From an uncultured archaeon (lineage in GTDB: Archaea; Nanobdellota; Nanobdellia; Woesearchaeales; UBA583), in the NCBI GenBank assembly GCA_937138345.1, contig CAKZOW010000075.1:616-64615 (forward strand): a stretch of DNA of 64,000 bases, given 5' to 3'. Made by a program: the position numbers and the translations under genes. The notes below the pieces were generated by a model. The model saw nothing but the letters and a program-made list of their open reading frames with translations, was not told where the DNA came from and did not search any database. This document shows positions 28,138 to 38,100 of the stretch, one piece after another; positions within the stretch are counted from its first letter, which is position 1; the number at the start of each line of letters is the position of its first letter.

Positions 28138-28242
28138 TTAGCACATCACCTCAAAAAATGCAACGCATTTTTTATCTTGTCTTCCTAGACTCCTAGCTTT
28201 CCCGGCTCCAGACTTCATATTATTTGCAATTATTTTTGTCAT
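28138..28242 (-). CDS. possible 34-aa basic micro-ORF between E2 and E3
   Basis: MTKIIANNMKSGAGKARSLGRQDKKCVAFFEVMC. Its TAA abuts the E3 ATG. It sits in a locally GC-rich patch that also contains the hairpin AAAAAATGC-AAC-GCATTTTTT. It could be RNA structure instead. Confidence 0.2.
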   Translation of the reverse strand: MTKIIANNMKSGAGKARSLGRQDKKCVAFFEVMC

Positions 28243-28255
28243 TTTCTTATTCTAT

Positions 28256-30079
28256 TTATAGCCCCATAAATAATCTTAGCGGATCCTCTAAAACTTCTTT
28301 TAAATCTTTGAGAAATTTAGCCGCCTCTGCTCCATCTATTACCCTGTGATCAAAAGTCAATGAGAAAGTAACCATATCTGCAACATCAATATGATCTAAT
28401 CCCTTAACTACTGGTTTTTTAACAATTCTTCCAATACCTAAAATTGCTGCTTGTGGGTAATTTAAAATTGGAGTAAAAAATTGTCCTGCCATAGATCCAA
28501 CAGAAGTAATTGTGATAGTTCCTCCCGATTGTGAGATTGGTTTTCCTGCTCTTGCATCTCCTGCAACTAAGATAACCTCTTTAGCTAAATCCATTATTGA
28601 TTTTTTATCAATGTCTCTAATAACTGGAACCATTAAACCTTTTTCAGTATCAACTGCTACACCCATATGAAAATCTTCTCTAAGATGAAGTTCTTCTTGT
28701 TCATCATCTAAAAGAGCATTAAATTTAGGATATTTTCTTGCAACTTCTACAAAAGCCTTCATAAAAAAAGGCAAATATGTTAATTTAACTCCTTCTTGTG
28801 CCATTGCCTCTTTTTCTTTTGCTCTGAGTTCAACCAATTCAGTAACATCAAATTCTTCACACATTGTAACTTGAGCTGTTTTCTCTAAAGATTTCATCAT
28901 ATTTTTAGCAATAGCTGATCTAATTCCTGTCTTATATGAAATAATCCCTGAAGCTTGGTTTCTATCAACAACTTGCGCGCTAGTCTTAGATTCCATAGGT
29001 GCACTTGTCTCTATTTTTTGAGGTTCACTTGAGCTCACAGTCTGAGCAACTTCGTTACTAACTTGTGTTTTTTGAACCATTGGTGCTGCTTTGTTTTTAT
29101 CTTTACTCTCTTTTGCTCTTCTAACATCTTCCTCAGTTACTCTAGAATTCTCCCCAGTTCCTAAAACAAATTCAATATCAACATCTAACTCTCTTGCAAG
29201 TGCTCTTACACTTGGTGTTGCAATCACTCTTGTATTTTGACTCTCGGTTTCATGAACAAGCGATTCACTGGCCTCTTGACCCACATTCTCGCTTGTCTCA
29301 TTTACGCTTGTCTGTTGACTCGGAACTTGTGACACATTCTCTCTCATCTCTTGACTCTTAGTCATATTTTCTCCTACTTTGCCTGTTTCTCTAAGGTCTG
29401 ACATTAAAATTTGTCCATGATTCCCAGATCCTTTAATTGTAGATAAATCAATTCCTCTCTCTTTTGCAGCATGTTTAACATTAGGCATCGCAAGAATTTC
29501 TGAAGATTGTTCTTGTGGGTGAGCTAAAGGTGTTTCTTGAGATTGTTCTACAACTTCCTCAGAAGTCTCTTTTTTTGTCTCCTGACTTACAACATCACTT
29601 GTCTCCGAGCTAACTTCTACAGTTGTCTGTTTTTCTGTCTCTTTATTTATCCATTTCTTCTGAACTGCATCATAAAACGTAGAATCCTTTTTACTCTCAT
29701 CTTTTGGAGGAATAGAACTTACATCATCAACTTCCTCAATAGAAAAATTAGTCTCTCCTGCATTAGTACTTTCTTCAACACTTGTCTCTTGACTCTGAGT
29801 CTCTTTTGACTCTTGATTCACAGGCTCACTAGTCTCATTATTGTTTTCATCAATTTTCATGAAAAGGTCTCCTACATCAATCATGTCTCCCTCATTACCT
29901 ACTAACTCAACAACTTTTCCTGAAACTGGTGCTGGAATACCTACTGTTGCCTTATCTGTTTCAACATCAGCTACAGATTCGTCAACTTTAATAGTATCTC
30001 CTACCTTTACTTTCCATGTAACTAATCTTCCTTCTGCAATTCCTTCTCCCACATCAGGAAATTTAAATTCGTATGACAT
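28256..30079 (-). CDS. dihydrolipoamide acyltransferase (E2) with one lipoyl domain and two subunit-binding domains
   Basis: Lipoyl-Lys motif VETDKATV. Two PSBD-like segments (AMPNVKHAAKERGIDLSTIKGSG..., ATPSVRALARELDVDIEFVLGTG...). Catalytic DHRVIDGAEAAKFL. Long S/E/T/Q-rich linkers. Confidence 0.9.
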   Translation of the reverse strand: MSYEFKFPDVGEGIAEGRLVTWKVKVGDTIKVDESVADVETDKATVGIPAPVSGKVVELVGNEGDMIDVGDLFMKIDENNNETSEPVNQESKETQSQETSVEESTNAGETNFSIEEVDDVSSIPPKDESKKDSTFYDAVQKKWINKETEKQTTVEVSSETSDVVSQETKKETSEEVVEQSQETPLAHPQEQSSEILAMPNVKHAAKERGIDLSTIKGSGNHGQILMSDLRETGKVGENMTKSQEMRENVSQVPSQQTSVNETSENVGQEASESLVHETESQNTRVIATPSVRALARELDVDIEFVLGTGENSRVTEEDVRRAKESKDKNKAAPMVQKTQVSNEVAQTVSSSEPQKIETSAPMESKTSAQVVDRNQASGIISYKTGIRSAIAKNMMKSLEKTAQVTMCEEFDVTELVELRAKEKEAMAQEGVKLTYLPFFMKAFVEVARKYPKFNALLDDEQEELHLREDFHMGVAVDTEKGLMVPVIRDIDKKSIMDLAKEVILVAGDARAGKPISQSGGTITITSVGSMAGQFFTPILNYPQAAILGIGRIVKKPVVKGLDHIDVADMVTFSLTFDHRVIDGAEAAKFLKDLKEVLEDPLRLFMGL

Positions 30080-30182
30080 TTTAATCTAGTAAAATATCAA
30101 AATCAACACTTATAGAGTTTCTTCATCGTTATTTAGTAGAGAAAAAGCAAATTATTAAAAAACAAAAAACAGACAAAAAAAT

Positions 30183-31013
30183 ATGAGCAAAAAACTACAA
30201 TATATTTCTCTAGGTAACAATGTTTCTCTAGAATCAATACTTGAACTTCAAAGAAAAATATGTAGTTTTTATAGGCAATATCCTGGAGTTAACTGTATGT
30301 ATTCTTTCTCACCAAAACCAACAATTACTCTTGGAAGTTACCACAGGGACAACAAATTACATCCGAGTTTAAATTCTCCAGTAATGAAACAAGAAGCAGG
30401 TGAACAAAGAACTCAAGAGATTGCTACTTATTTAAGAGATAAGTTAGATAATGAAATTTCAGTGTTAAATAATTCTAATCAAAGGCCCGGTGGAAGTACA
30501 TATAATGGGCCTGGACAATTAAGCTTCTTTTTTAATCTTGACCTAACACAAGAAAGTATTCATTTTGATGAACTCAAAAAAGTACTTGATGAATCTATGA
30601 TTGAAACTCTAAAATCATATAGAAATGATCTAAATTTTAACTATAAAAAACAAATTGATATCTTTACTACAATCGAGGGAACTGATTATAAAATTGCATC
30701 TCAAGGATTCAAAGTTTCAACTAATGAGTCTAAAGTTGAACATACAAGATACGGAGTCACATTTCATCTTTCTCAGGATTCCATTAAACCCTTTGATTCT
30801 TGGATTTTACCTTGTGGAGTTGAACCACATGAAGGAAAAGCAATAGCTCTTGAACAACTTATTGAAGAACCTGTAAATCAAGAACTCTTTGAAAATAAAT
30901 TTCTAGAAATATTTTCATCAAAACTAGGCTTTGAAGTTGATTCAACAAATATCATTGGAGATGTTATAAAAAAAGAGTTTGAAGAGATAGAGAGAAAATT
31001 AAAACTTAAATAG
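30183..31013 (+). CDS. lipB: octanoyl/lipoyl transferase LipB-like
   Basis: RPGGSTYNGPGQL (compare RGGxxTYHGPGQ), DYKIASQGFKV (catalytic Lys region), ILPCGV (catalytic Cys region). Confidence 0.6.
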   Translation: MSKKLQYISLGNNVSLESILELQRKICSFYRQYPGVNCMYSFSPKPTITLGSYHRDNKLHPSLNSPVMKQEAGEQRTQEIATYLRDKLDNEISVLNNSNQRPGGSTYNGPGQLSFFFNLDLTQESIHFDELKKVLDESMIETLKSYRNDLNFNYKKQIDIFTTIEGTDYKIASQGFKVSTNESKVEHTRYGVTFHLSQDSIKPFDSWILPCGVEPHEGKAIALEQLIEEPVNQELFENKFLEIFSSKLGFEVDSTNIIGDVIKKEFEEIERKLKLK

Positions 31014-31739
31014 CCAATCATCAGATTGTAAAAAATCTTTTTTTTCTTGTGCCATAAAAATTTCTTCTTTTGTAAAAGGTTGTTCAAGATAATCTAGACC
31101 TTTTAAAAAAGATTTTTCTAAATGTTTTTTTAATTCATCAAAAGAAACTGAAGAGAGATCAGAAATAGAAGTTACTTGCTTATCCTTTTCTAGAATTTTT
31201 TCTTGTTTTTGGTGATCATTTTCAGGTTTTAATAAATCATTTAAAATAGTTTTATCAACATCAAATAAAAGTGTTCCATGTAATTGAATTGCTCCATTAT
31301 CTTTTCTTATAGCAGAACCAGAAATTTTTCCCTTCTCTGTCATAATATCATTAATTGGTTTATGCCATGCTTTAATTCCTATTTGTTTTAAAGCATCAAT
31401 TATCTTTGAAGTACCATATTGATAGATTTCCTGTAAATTTTTACCTTCAAAGTAATCCTCTGGTACTGTGATTCCCCAACTTAAATCATGACGAGACAGA
31501 AAAGTAACACCTCCTGAAGATTTTCTTCTAAGAATCGCAATATTATTTTTTTGACATTTATCAACATCTAAAACATCTCTAATTTTTTGCGAGTAACCTA
31601 CATTGGCACAATCTCGATCCCATCCCGTAAAAGAGATAACTCCATTTCCAGTTTCTTTTACATAATCTAAAACAACATCATTTAATGCAATTCTCTCATA
31701 TATATCATAATACTTAAAGGGAAAATATCTCCATTTCAT
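30999..31739 (-). CDS. lplA: lipoate-protein ligase A (catalytic domain)
   Basis: RRKSSGGVTFLSRHDLSWG and GKISGSAIRKDNGAIQLHGTLLFDVD motifs. Its 3' end overlaps lipB by 15 bp (convergent). Confidence 0.8.
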   Translation of the reverse strand: MKWRYFPFKYYDIYERIALNDVVLDYVKETGNGVISFTGWDRDCANVGYSQKIRDVLDVDKCQKNNIAILRRKSSGGVTFLSRHDLSWGITVPEDYFEGKNLQEIYQYGTSKIIDALKQIGIKAWHKPINDIMTEKGKISGSAIRKDNGAIQLHGTLLFDVDKTILNDLLKPENDHQKQEKILEKDKQVTSISDLSSVSFDELKKHLEKSFLKGLDYLEQPFTKEEIFMAQEKKDFLQSDDWLFKF

Positions 31740-31788
31740 AATTAAAAATAGAAAAAAGAATAATATAAAACTTTGTAACTAAAAAATA

Positions 31789-32760
31789 TTAGAAATCAAC
31801 TACTTCCTTAATTTTAGTTTTAATTCTCGTTGTATTTGGTAAAAAGTATTTCTCTAGTGCAAACTGTGGAAAAGGCAGATCAAATGCAGTAACTCTTTTA
31901 ACAGGAGCCTCTAATTTTAACACACATCTCTCTTGAATTTGAGCTACAATCTCTGATGATAATGAACAAGCTCTTGTTGCTTCTTGAACAACAACTGCTC
32001 TTTTAGTTTTCTCAACTGATTTAACAATTGTATCAATATCAAATGGCCACAGAGTTCTAAGATCTATAATCTCACAACTCACATCTCCTAATTCTTCAAC
32101 TGCTTTTTTAGTTGCTCTAGTCATTGCACCCCAAGTAACAATAGTTACATCGCTTCCTTCTTGAACAACATTTGCCTTACCTAATTCTATTTCATAGGCC
32201 TCTTCAGGAACTTCTTCTTTAAATGATCTATAAATTGATTTTGGTTCTAAAAATACTACAGGATTATTATCTTTAATTGCTGCAATAAGTAAACCTTTAG
32301 CATCTTTTGGACCAGATGGCATAACTACTTTAATTCCTTGAGCATGGATATAATATGACTCAGGTGATTCCGAGTGATGTTCTAATGCTCTAATTCCACC
32401 CGCACATGGTGCTCTTAAAACCATTGGAAGAGATGCTGTTGAATTAGATCTTTGTCTAAATCTAGACATATGCTGGATTACATGATGCAAAGCTTGATAA
32501 GAAAATCCTGAGAATTGCATCTCACACACAGGCCTCATTCCATTAATTGCAAGTCCAATTGATGAACCAACAATTCCTGCTTCTGCAAGTGGTGTATCTA
32601 CAACTCTCTCTTTTCCAAATTCTTCTTGGAGTCCTTCAGTTACTCTAAAAACTCCTCCATCAACACCAACATCCTCTCCTAAGATGACAACCTTGTCATC
32701 TTGAGACATTGTGTGACGAAGAGCAGAATTAAGTGCTGCGACCATATGCATCTTAACCAT
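31789..32760 (-). CDS. 2-oxoacid dehydrogenase E1 component, beta subunit
   Basis: Start moved to the ATG at 32760 (MVKMHMVAALNSAL...), preceded by GGAGGAGG and 1 nt after the E1-alpha stop. VVILGEDVGVDGGVFRVT. Confidence 0.9.
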   Translation of the reverse strand: MVKMHMVAALNSALRHTMSQDDKVVILGEDVGVDGGVFRVTEGLQEEFGKERVVDTPLAEAGIVGSSIGLAINGMRPVCEMQFSGFSYQALHHVIQHMSRFRQRSNSTASLPMVLRAPCAGGIRALEHHSESPESYYIHAQGIKVVMPSGPKDAKGLLIAAIKDNNPVVFLEPKSIYRSFKEEVPEEAYEIELGKANVVQEGSDVTIVTWGAMTRATKKAVEELGDVSCEIIDLRTLWPFDIDTIVKSVEKTKRAVVVQEATRACSLSSEIVAQIQERCVLKLEAPVKRVTAFDLPFPQFALEKYFLPNTTRIKTKIKEVVDF

Positions 32761-32761
32761 T

Positions 32762-33880
32762 TTACTTATTACCTCCTCCTGTCGCCTGACTCCTTTGCTC
32801 AATCTCTTGGAGTTCTGCTTCAAGTTCTGCTTGTTGTTCTTTTAACATCCAAGGCATCTCTCCTTCAAATACATCTTCAAACATTTGTTTATATGTTGGT
32901 GCCTCAACACTTAGTCCACCTTCAACTGCTTCCTCAACTTCTTTTGCAACAGTCTCCTCAACCCAAGTTTTATAATCTTCAGACCAAGTACCAATTGCTT
33001 TAAAATAATTTTGAAGTCTCTCAATTGGATCTTTTTTAGCCCACTGAGCTTTTAATTCATCTGATCTATATTTAGAAGAATCATCTGAAGTTGTATGATC
33101 CCCCATTCTAAATGTTTCAGCTTCAATAAGAGTCGGACCTTGTCCTTCTCTTGCCCTAGTCAAAGCCTCGCTTGTCGCCTTGTATACTGCTAACACATCA
33201 TTCCCATCAACTTTAATTGCATTCATATCATAAGCAAAAGCTTTTTGTGCTACAGTTTCTGAATTCATCTCACCAGATGTTGGAGTTGAAATTGCCCAAC
33301 CATTATTTTGACAAAAAAATACTACTGGTAATTGAAACTGTGCTGCAAAATTAAGTGCTTCATGAAAATCTCCCTCAGATGTTGCACCATCTCCAAAATA
33401 CACAATTGAAGCTGACTTTTCTTTTTTTAATTTAGATGCCCAAGCAATACCTGTTGCATGTAAACACTGAGATGCAATTGGAATTGCAGTTGGCAGTGCA
33501 TGTGCTTTTGTCATATCAGCATAAGCCCTAGTATCTCCATTCCATGATTGAACTAATTTTTTTCTATCAGCACCTCTTGCAATAAAAACACCCATTTCCC
33601 TAAAAGAAGGGATAATCCAATCTTCTTCTTTAAGTGCCATCCCTGATCCTATCTGACTAGCCTCTTGTCCTTTCGCCTGTGCATAAGTCCCAATCTTACC
33701 TGTTCTTTGTAAATTGAAAAGTTTTTCATCCATAGTTCTAAGTAAAACCATTAAATGATACATCTCTTTTACTTTATCCTCATTTAACTCTTTAGGATAT
33801 AAATCATGATCTACTTGACCATCTTGAGTTAAAACTTGCATATACTCTAATGAACAAGTTTTGATTTCTTTTCTCACCAT
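32762..33880 (-). CDS. 2-oxoacid dehydrogenase E1 component, alpha subunit (TPP-dependent)
   Basis: TPP-binding motif YFGDGATSEGDFHEALNFAAQFQLPVVFFCQNNGWAIS. Confidence 0.9.
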   Translation of the reverse strand: MVRKEIKTCSLEYMQVLTQDGQVDHDLYPKELNEDKVKEMYHLMVLLRTMDEKLFNLQRTGKIGTYAQAKGQEASQIGSGMALKEEDWIIPSFREMGVFIARGADRKKLVQSWNGDTRAYADMTKAHALPTAIPIASQCLHATGIAWASKLKKEKSASIVYFGDGATSEGDFHEALNFAAQFQLPVVFFCQNNGWAISTPTSGEMNSETVAQKAFAYDMNAIKVDGNDVLAVYKATSEALTRAREGQGPTLIEAETFRMGDHTTSDDSSKYRSDELKAQWAKKDPIERLQNYFKAIGTWSEDYKTWVEETVAKEVEEAVEGGLSVEAPTYKQMFEDVFEGEMPWMLKEQQAELEAELQEIEQRSQATGGGNK

Positions 33881-33949
33881 TCTAATAAATCTTAATACTT
33901 TAAACTTATAAGAAATTAGTGCTATTTTAAAGTGGAGAATTAATAAAAA

Positions 33950-34312
33950 CTATCTACCAAAAAGTCTTCTCCAAAAACTTTTAGGGCCAGTTGGATTAGA
34001 TTGTGATTTTTTAGGTTCTAAAGAAAAGGTATTTGAAAATTCTTGGCCTTCTCCTGCATCAAAATATAATGTTTTTCCCTTTGTTAATTCAAACTCTTCT
34101 CGTGTAGCTTGCCCAATAGTTACTCCAAATGAAATCCCTGAATTAACATAATCTACTTTTTGATGATTAGCTTCAATTTGACCAAAAGTATAGATTTTTC
34201 CATTGAGCTCAATGGTATTTCCTACTCTTAATTCTCCTTCAACAACTTTTCCTGTTAAAACAACTCCTACTCCTCTAATGAAATATACTTCATTTACTTT
34301 TATTGATGCCAT
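33950..34312 (-). CDS. stand-alone EF-Tu domain-2-like beta-barrel protein
   Basis: Start at the ATG at 34312 (MASIKVNEVYFIRGVGVVLTGKVVEGELRVGNTIEL). Resembles the translation-GTPase domain II fold motif. Confidence 0.45.
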   Translation of the reverse strand: MASIKVNEVYFIRGVGVVLTGKVVEGELRVGNTIELNGKIYTFGQIEANHQKVDYVNSGISFGVTIGQATREEFELTKGKTLYFDAGEGQEFSNTFSLEPKKSQSNPTGPKSFWRRLFGR

Positions 34313-34313
34313 A

Positions 34314-35054
34314 TTACTTTCTCTTTTTTTTTGGTTTATCACCATTGAGTCTTCTAAGCTGTTTTTTCACTTCAAATCCTAAAATAACAAGTAAAATAAC
34401 ATTTACTAGTGCCCAGAAAATAAGTGAACCTGCAAAACTTCCAATTTTTAGAGGAATAAATGAATATTCAAAAGTAAGTAGATTTGGTGAATTTTGCTCT
34501 AAAGAAAAAGCAGCACTATTTCCTTCAATTGTAGTATTATTATTTTCGTAACTCAAATACGTAAAAGATTTACCTTCTGGAATTTCAATCAAAACCTCAC
34601 CATTTAAAATTGGAACTCTTGTATCTTCTTTAAGTGGAATTTCAACTCGTTTAAAAAAAATACCTGATGATTCATATTCTAAGATATATGTCAGAGTAAT
34701 ATCATATTCAAAACCTGGTAAAATTGGTTGAAAAATATCTAAAACAATTGAAGTATAATCATTTGTTTTAACAACCCTAGATCGAATATCATCATTATAT
34801 CTATTTTTTGCAGAATACTCAACAATATTGAGTGGGTTTTGAGAATCTGCATTAAAAATTTTAAATTCTACTTGACCTGGAATAATTCCTGAATCATGGA
34901 CATTTCTAATTGAAATATGTTTTTCAATTTGAATAGTGTTATCATCTAAAATTGTTACGATAGAATCATATTTTGTAAATTGTTCAACATCATAAGAAAA
35001 AGCCGAAGATAGTGAAGCTATTACAAGTAAAAATACTAATAATCGTTTAATCAT
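34314..35054 (-). CDS. secreted, C-terminally membrane-anchored protein, function unknown
   Basis: Start at the ATG at 35054 (MIKRLLVFLLVIASLSSAFS). C-terminal TM helix plus a basic tail (KKQLRRLNGDKPKKKRK). Immediately downstream of the giant gene. Confidence 0.5.
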   Translation of the reverse strand: MIKRLLVFLLVIASLSSAFSYDVEQFTKYDSIVTILDDNTIQIEKHISIRNVHDSGIIPGQVEFKIFNADSQNPLNIVEYSAKNRYNDDIRSRVVKTNDYTSIVLDIFQPILPGFEYDITLTYILEYESSGIFFKRVEIPLKEDTRVPILNGEVLIEIPEGKSFTYLSYENNNTTIEGNSAAFSLEQNSPNLLTFEYSFIPLKIGSFAGSLIFWALVNVILLVILGFEVKKQLRRLNGDKPKKKRK

Positions 35055-35110
35055 AATAAATTTTAGTAAATATAATTTAAATACTTTTGCGATAATTGTA
35101 AATAACAACA

Positions 35111-38100
35111 TCATTCTAATCCTACTAACACCTCTTTAAAGAATTCTCTTCTTGTTTGAGATGAAATATTTACTCTTAGTTCCCAAGAATTATCTAACGT
35201 TCGACTACCAGTATATGCACTAAATACTCCTTGATTTAGCATCAAAGAATAGAGCTCAAATTCATACAATGTTCCATTAGTTGAATATACATCAATTAGG
35301 TTTTCATTTTCTTGGAAAACGCTATATCTAAGTGAGCTTCCAACATCAAAACTACTTACAGAAACATAGTCTGGAACATAAAGATGCAATGTAATATTCT
35401 TATCAAGAGTAGTTTGATCAGATAATAAATTATTTACTCTAAAAATTGTATCATATACTCCTTCACCTAATTGAGTAGATTCTATTTCTAAAGATAAATT
35501 TGTATCAAAATTAATTTCATCAATTATCTCAACTGTTGTTAGTTGAGTTTGATCACCATTACTTAATTCTCCAAAAATATCATATGATGTATTAATATCA
35601 CCTGATGCATTAAGAAGATAACCAAGAACGATACTCTCACCAAATACTAAATTCAAATTCACTGGGTTTGGACCTTCAATGAACAACGGCAATTCTGCAC
35701 TCGTATTTGAAATTAATGAATATCTCCTCTCTTCAGATGAAAAAGAATAACTAGGATCTGATCCAAAATATTCTCTAATAAAAATATCATCTGTTAAATA
35801 CTCATTTCCACCATGAATTGTAAATCTACTAAATGATGAAAATGTATTATCATTTCCAGTCATAAAATTTAATTGAGTATAACTAGAATCAAAAATTTCA
35901 AATTCTATATCTTGGTTGAAATAAGAAAATCTTTGTGTATACCACGCATTCTGAGATGTTGCAAAATTAGTTCCTGTTGCAACAGTTGATGCTACGTCCC
36001 CTGTTCTCTCTTCAATTTGAAATTGTGTACTTGCCCCAAAATTATTCAGATAAGGACCATACCCATTCCCAGAATTGTCACTTAGTGCATACCGATTAGC
36101 ACCTCCACCATTAGTATTAATTCTATTTGTTTTCAGATACATTTCATAATTTACAAAGTTAAATCCTACATCTACAAATCCTCCATTAGGATCATCATTT
36201 GTATCTTTAAGCAAGGCTCTATTCCCACTAGTCTCTGTAGCTAATCGCACTACTCCCGAATCCAAGTCACTCCACCCAACTGGGAGACTTCCGTCTAATT
36301 GACTGACAAAATTTTCAAAGTCCTCAAAATACAAAAACGTCTCAGCACCGTCACTTCTACTGATAGCCTCATCATTACCATAATAAAATTCAAAATTATA
36401 TTGTTGAGAAACTACTAAAGGAATATGTGATTCAATAAAAATTCTAGCTACTTGAGATCCGAAATCACAGTAATCAACATAATAATCAAGTTCTAATCCT
36501 GATGATGAAAATAAAAAATCATTACATTGGTTATTCCAATTAAAATTAGACCCAACATTTGAATTATTTAACTCAAGTAGATATACAAAATTCTCAGTTG
36601 TTGTGGCAGGTGCTGTAAAGGAGATATTTTGCCTATATGCATAACTCCTATTAAACCAAGGTTTATCTAAATCATCAAAATATAAACTTGAAGTAATATT
36701 TGAGCAACCTAAAACATCTTGACAAGATACATTTACGCTAACTAAAAGAGTCGTATTTTGAATAACTTGAGTAGTAGATAATGGTAGAGGATTTACTAAA
36801 TCAATATCTAATGATTTAACTACAATTGAACATTGAAGTGTAAGAGTATCTGTAGTTGAAGTATCATCTGAACTAACTTCAAAAACTGCACTAACAGTAC
36901 CCACATTAGAATCTAAGCATGAAAAGAATACTTCCGAGCTTTGATTTTCTACAAGAGAAGATCCTTGAGTAAAACTTGTTGAAAAAGAAGAACAATTTCC
37001 TGAAATACAAGTAATAAAAATATTTGAATTTGCATATCTTGAAAATAAATTTGTAGAGTTGATTTCATTACCTTCACTTTGAAAAACTTCATCAAAAGTA
37101 ATTAATGAATCCTCAAAAGTTAACTGGTTTTCTCCTAAAATTCTCAATTCAAGTCTTTGAGTATCTACTAAATTACCTAACTCCCCAAACATAACATGTC
37201 TACTATCAACAGGACCTGTTGCATTAAGAAGATATGTTACAAGAGATGATGTTCCTGAACTTACATTGATGAACTGAGGATTACTATCTAAGTAAAAAGG
37301 AGTTGAGCCAAGAATTGGAGAAACTAATTCTTTAGAACCAATAGTCATCAAACCTTCTTCTAAAGTAAACCATGCAACATCTTCATTTGCGTGAGTATCA
37401 CAATCACCAGCACCATCTTGCTCACAATACCTCACCTCAGCACTAGTGCCGGACACGAGTCTAGCGCTTGGGTATTGAGGGTCCTGTGCTCCATTATCTG
37501 AGTTTTGATACACAGCAATAACTGGATCTACAAATGTCTCAGAAAAACTAACAGGAGTCCATTCAGAATTTCCAATACTCTCTTCTCCATTTGAAAACCT
37601 AGAAAAATCTGCATTTGAAAAATCAATTGCAACATATCCATAAGTCTCACTAAAAGTACCCGAACACGTATCGCCAGTCCCCGCATGATCACATGCAATA
37701 AGTGTAGCACCACTTGTTGTAATTGTTCCATCAACCCAACCACTAGGTGCAATCTGACCTGTTGCACTGGAATAGTCTTGAGCTTGTGCAAATACACTCG
37801 GAACATTAGAAAATGTTTTTGAAAAACTAAATGCGGTATCTGATCCATCAGTTGGAACATTAGAGAGAGTTCCAACATCAATCCAACTCAATCCTGAAAT
37901 AACATCAGAATCAAAAACCATGTAATGAACTTCTTCTTGTTCAACAACTGATGAACAAGTACTAGCACCAGCATCTTCACAAAGTGCAATAGTAAATCCC
38001 GTAGTATCTAGTGAAGTGATAACTGGAATTAAAGCATTATTGTCTGAATCTGTATCACTTACAGGAGTTGCAATTACAACAGGATTTGATGAATATTCTC

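Noticed and set aside
29537-30089. Track ORFs 29537..29809 and 29841..30089 on the plus strand (also 32701..33003 and 14376..14612)
   Set aside because: They are antisense to well-supported genes (E2, E1 and the metallophosphoesterase), with low-complexity translations and no start context.
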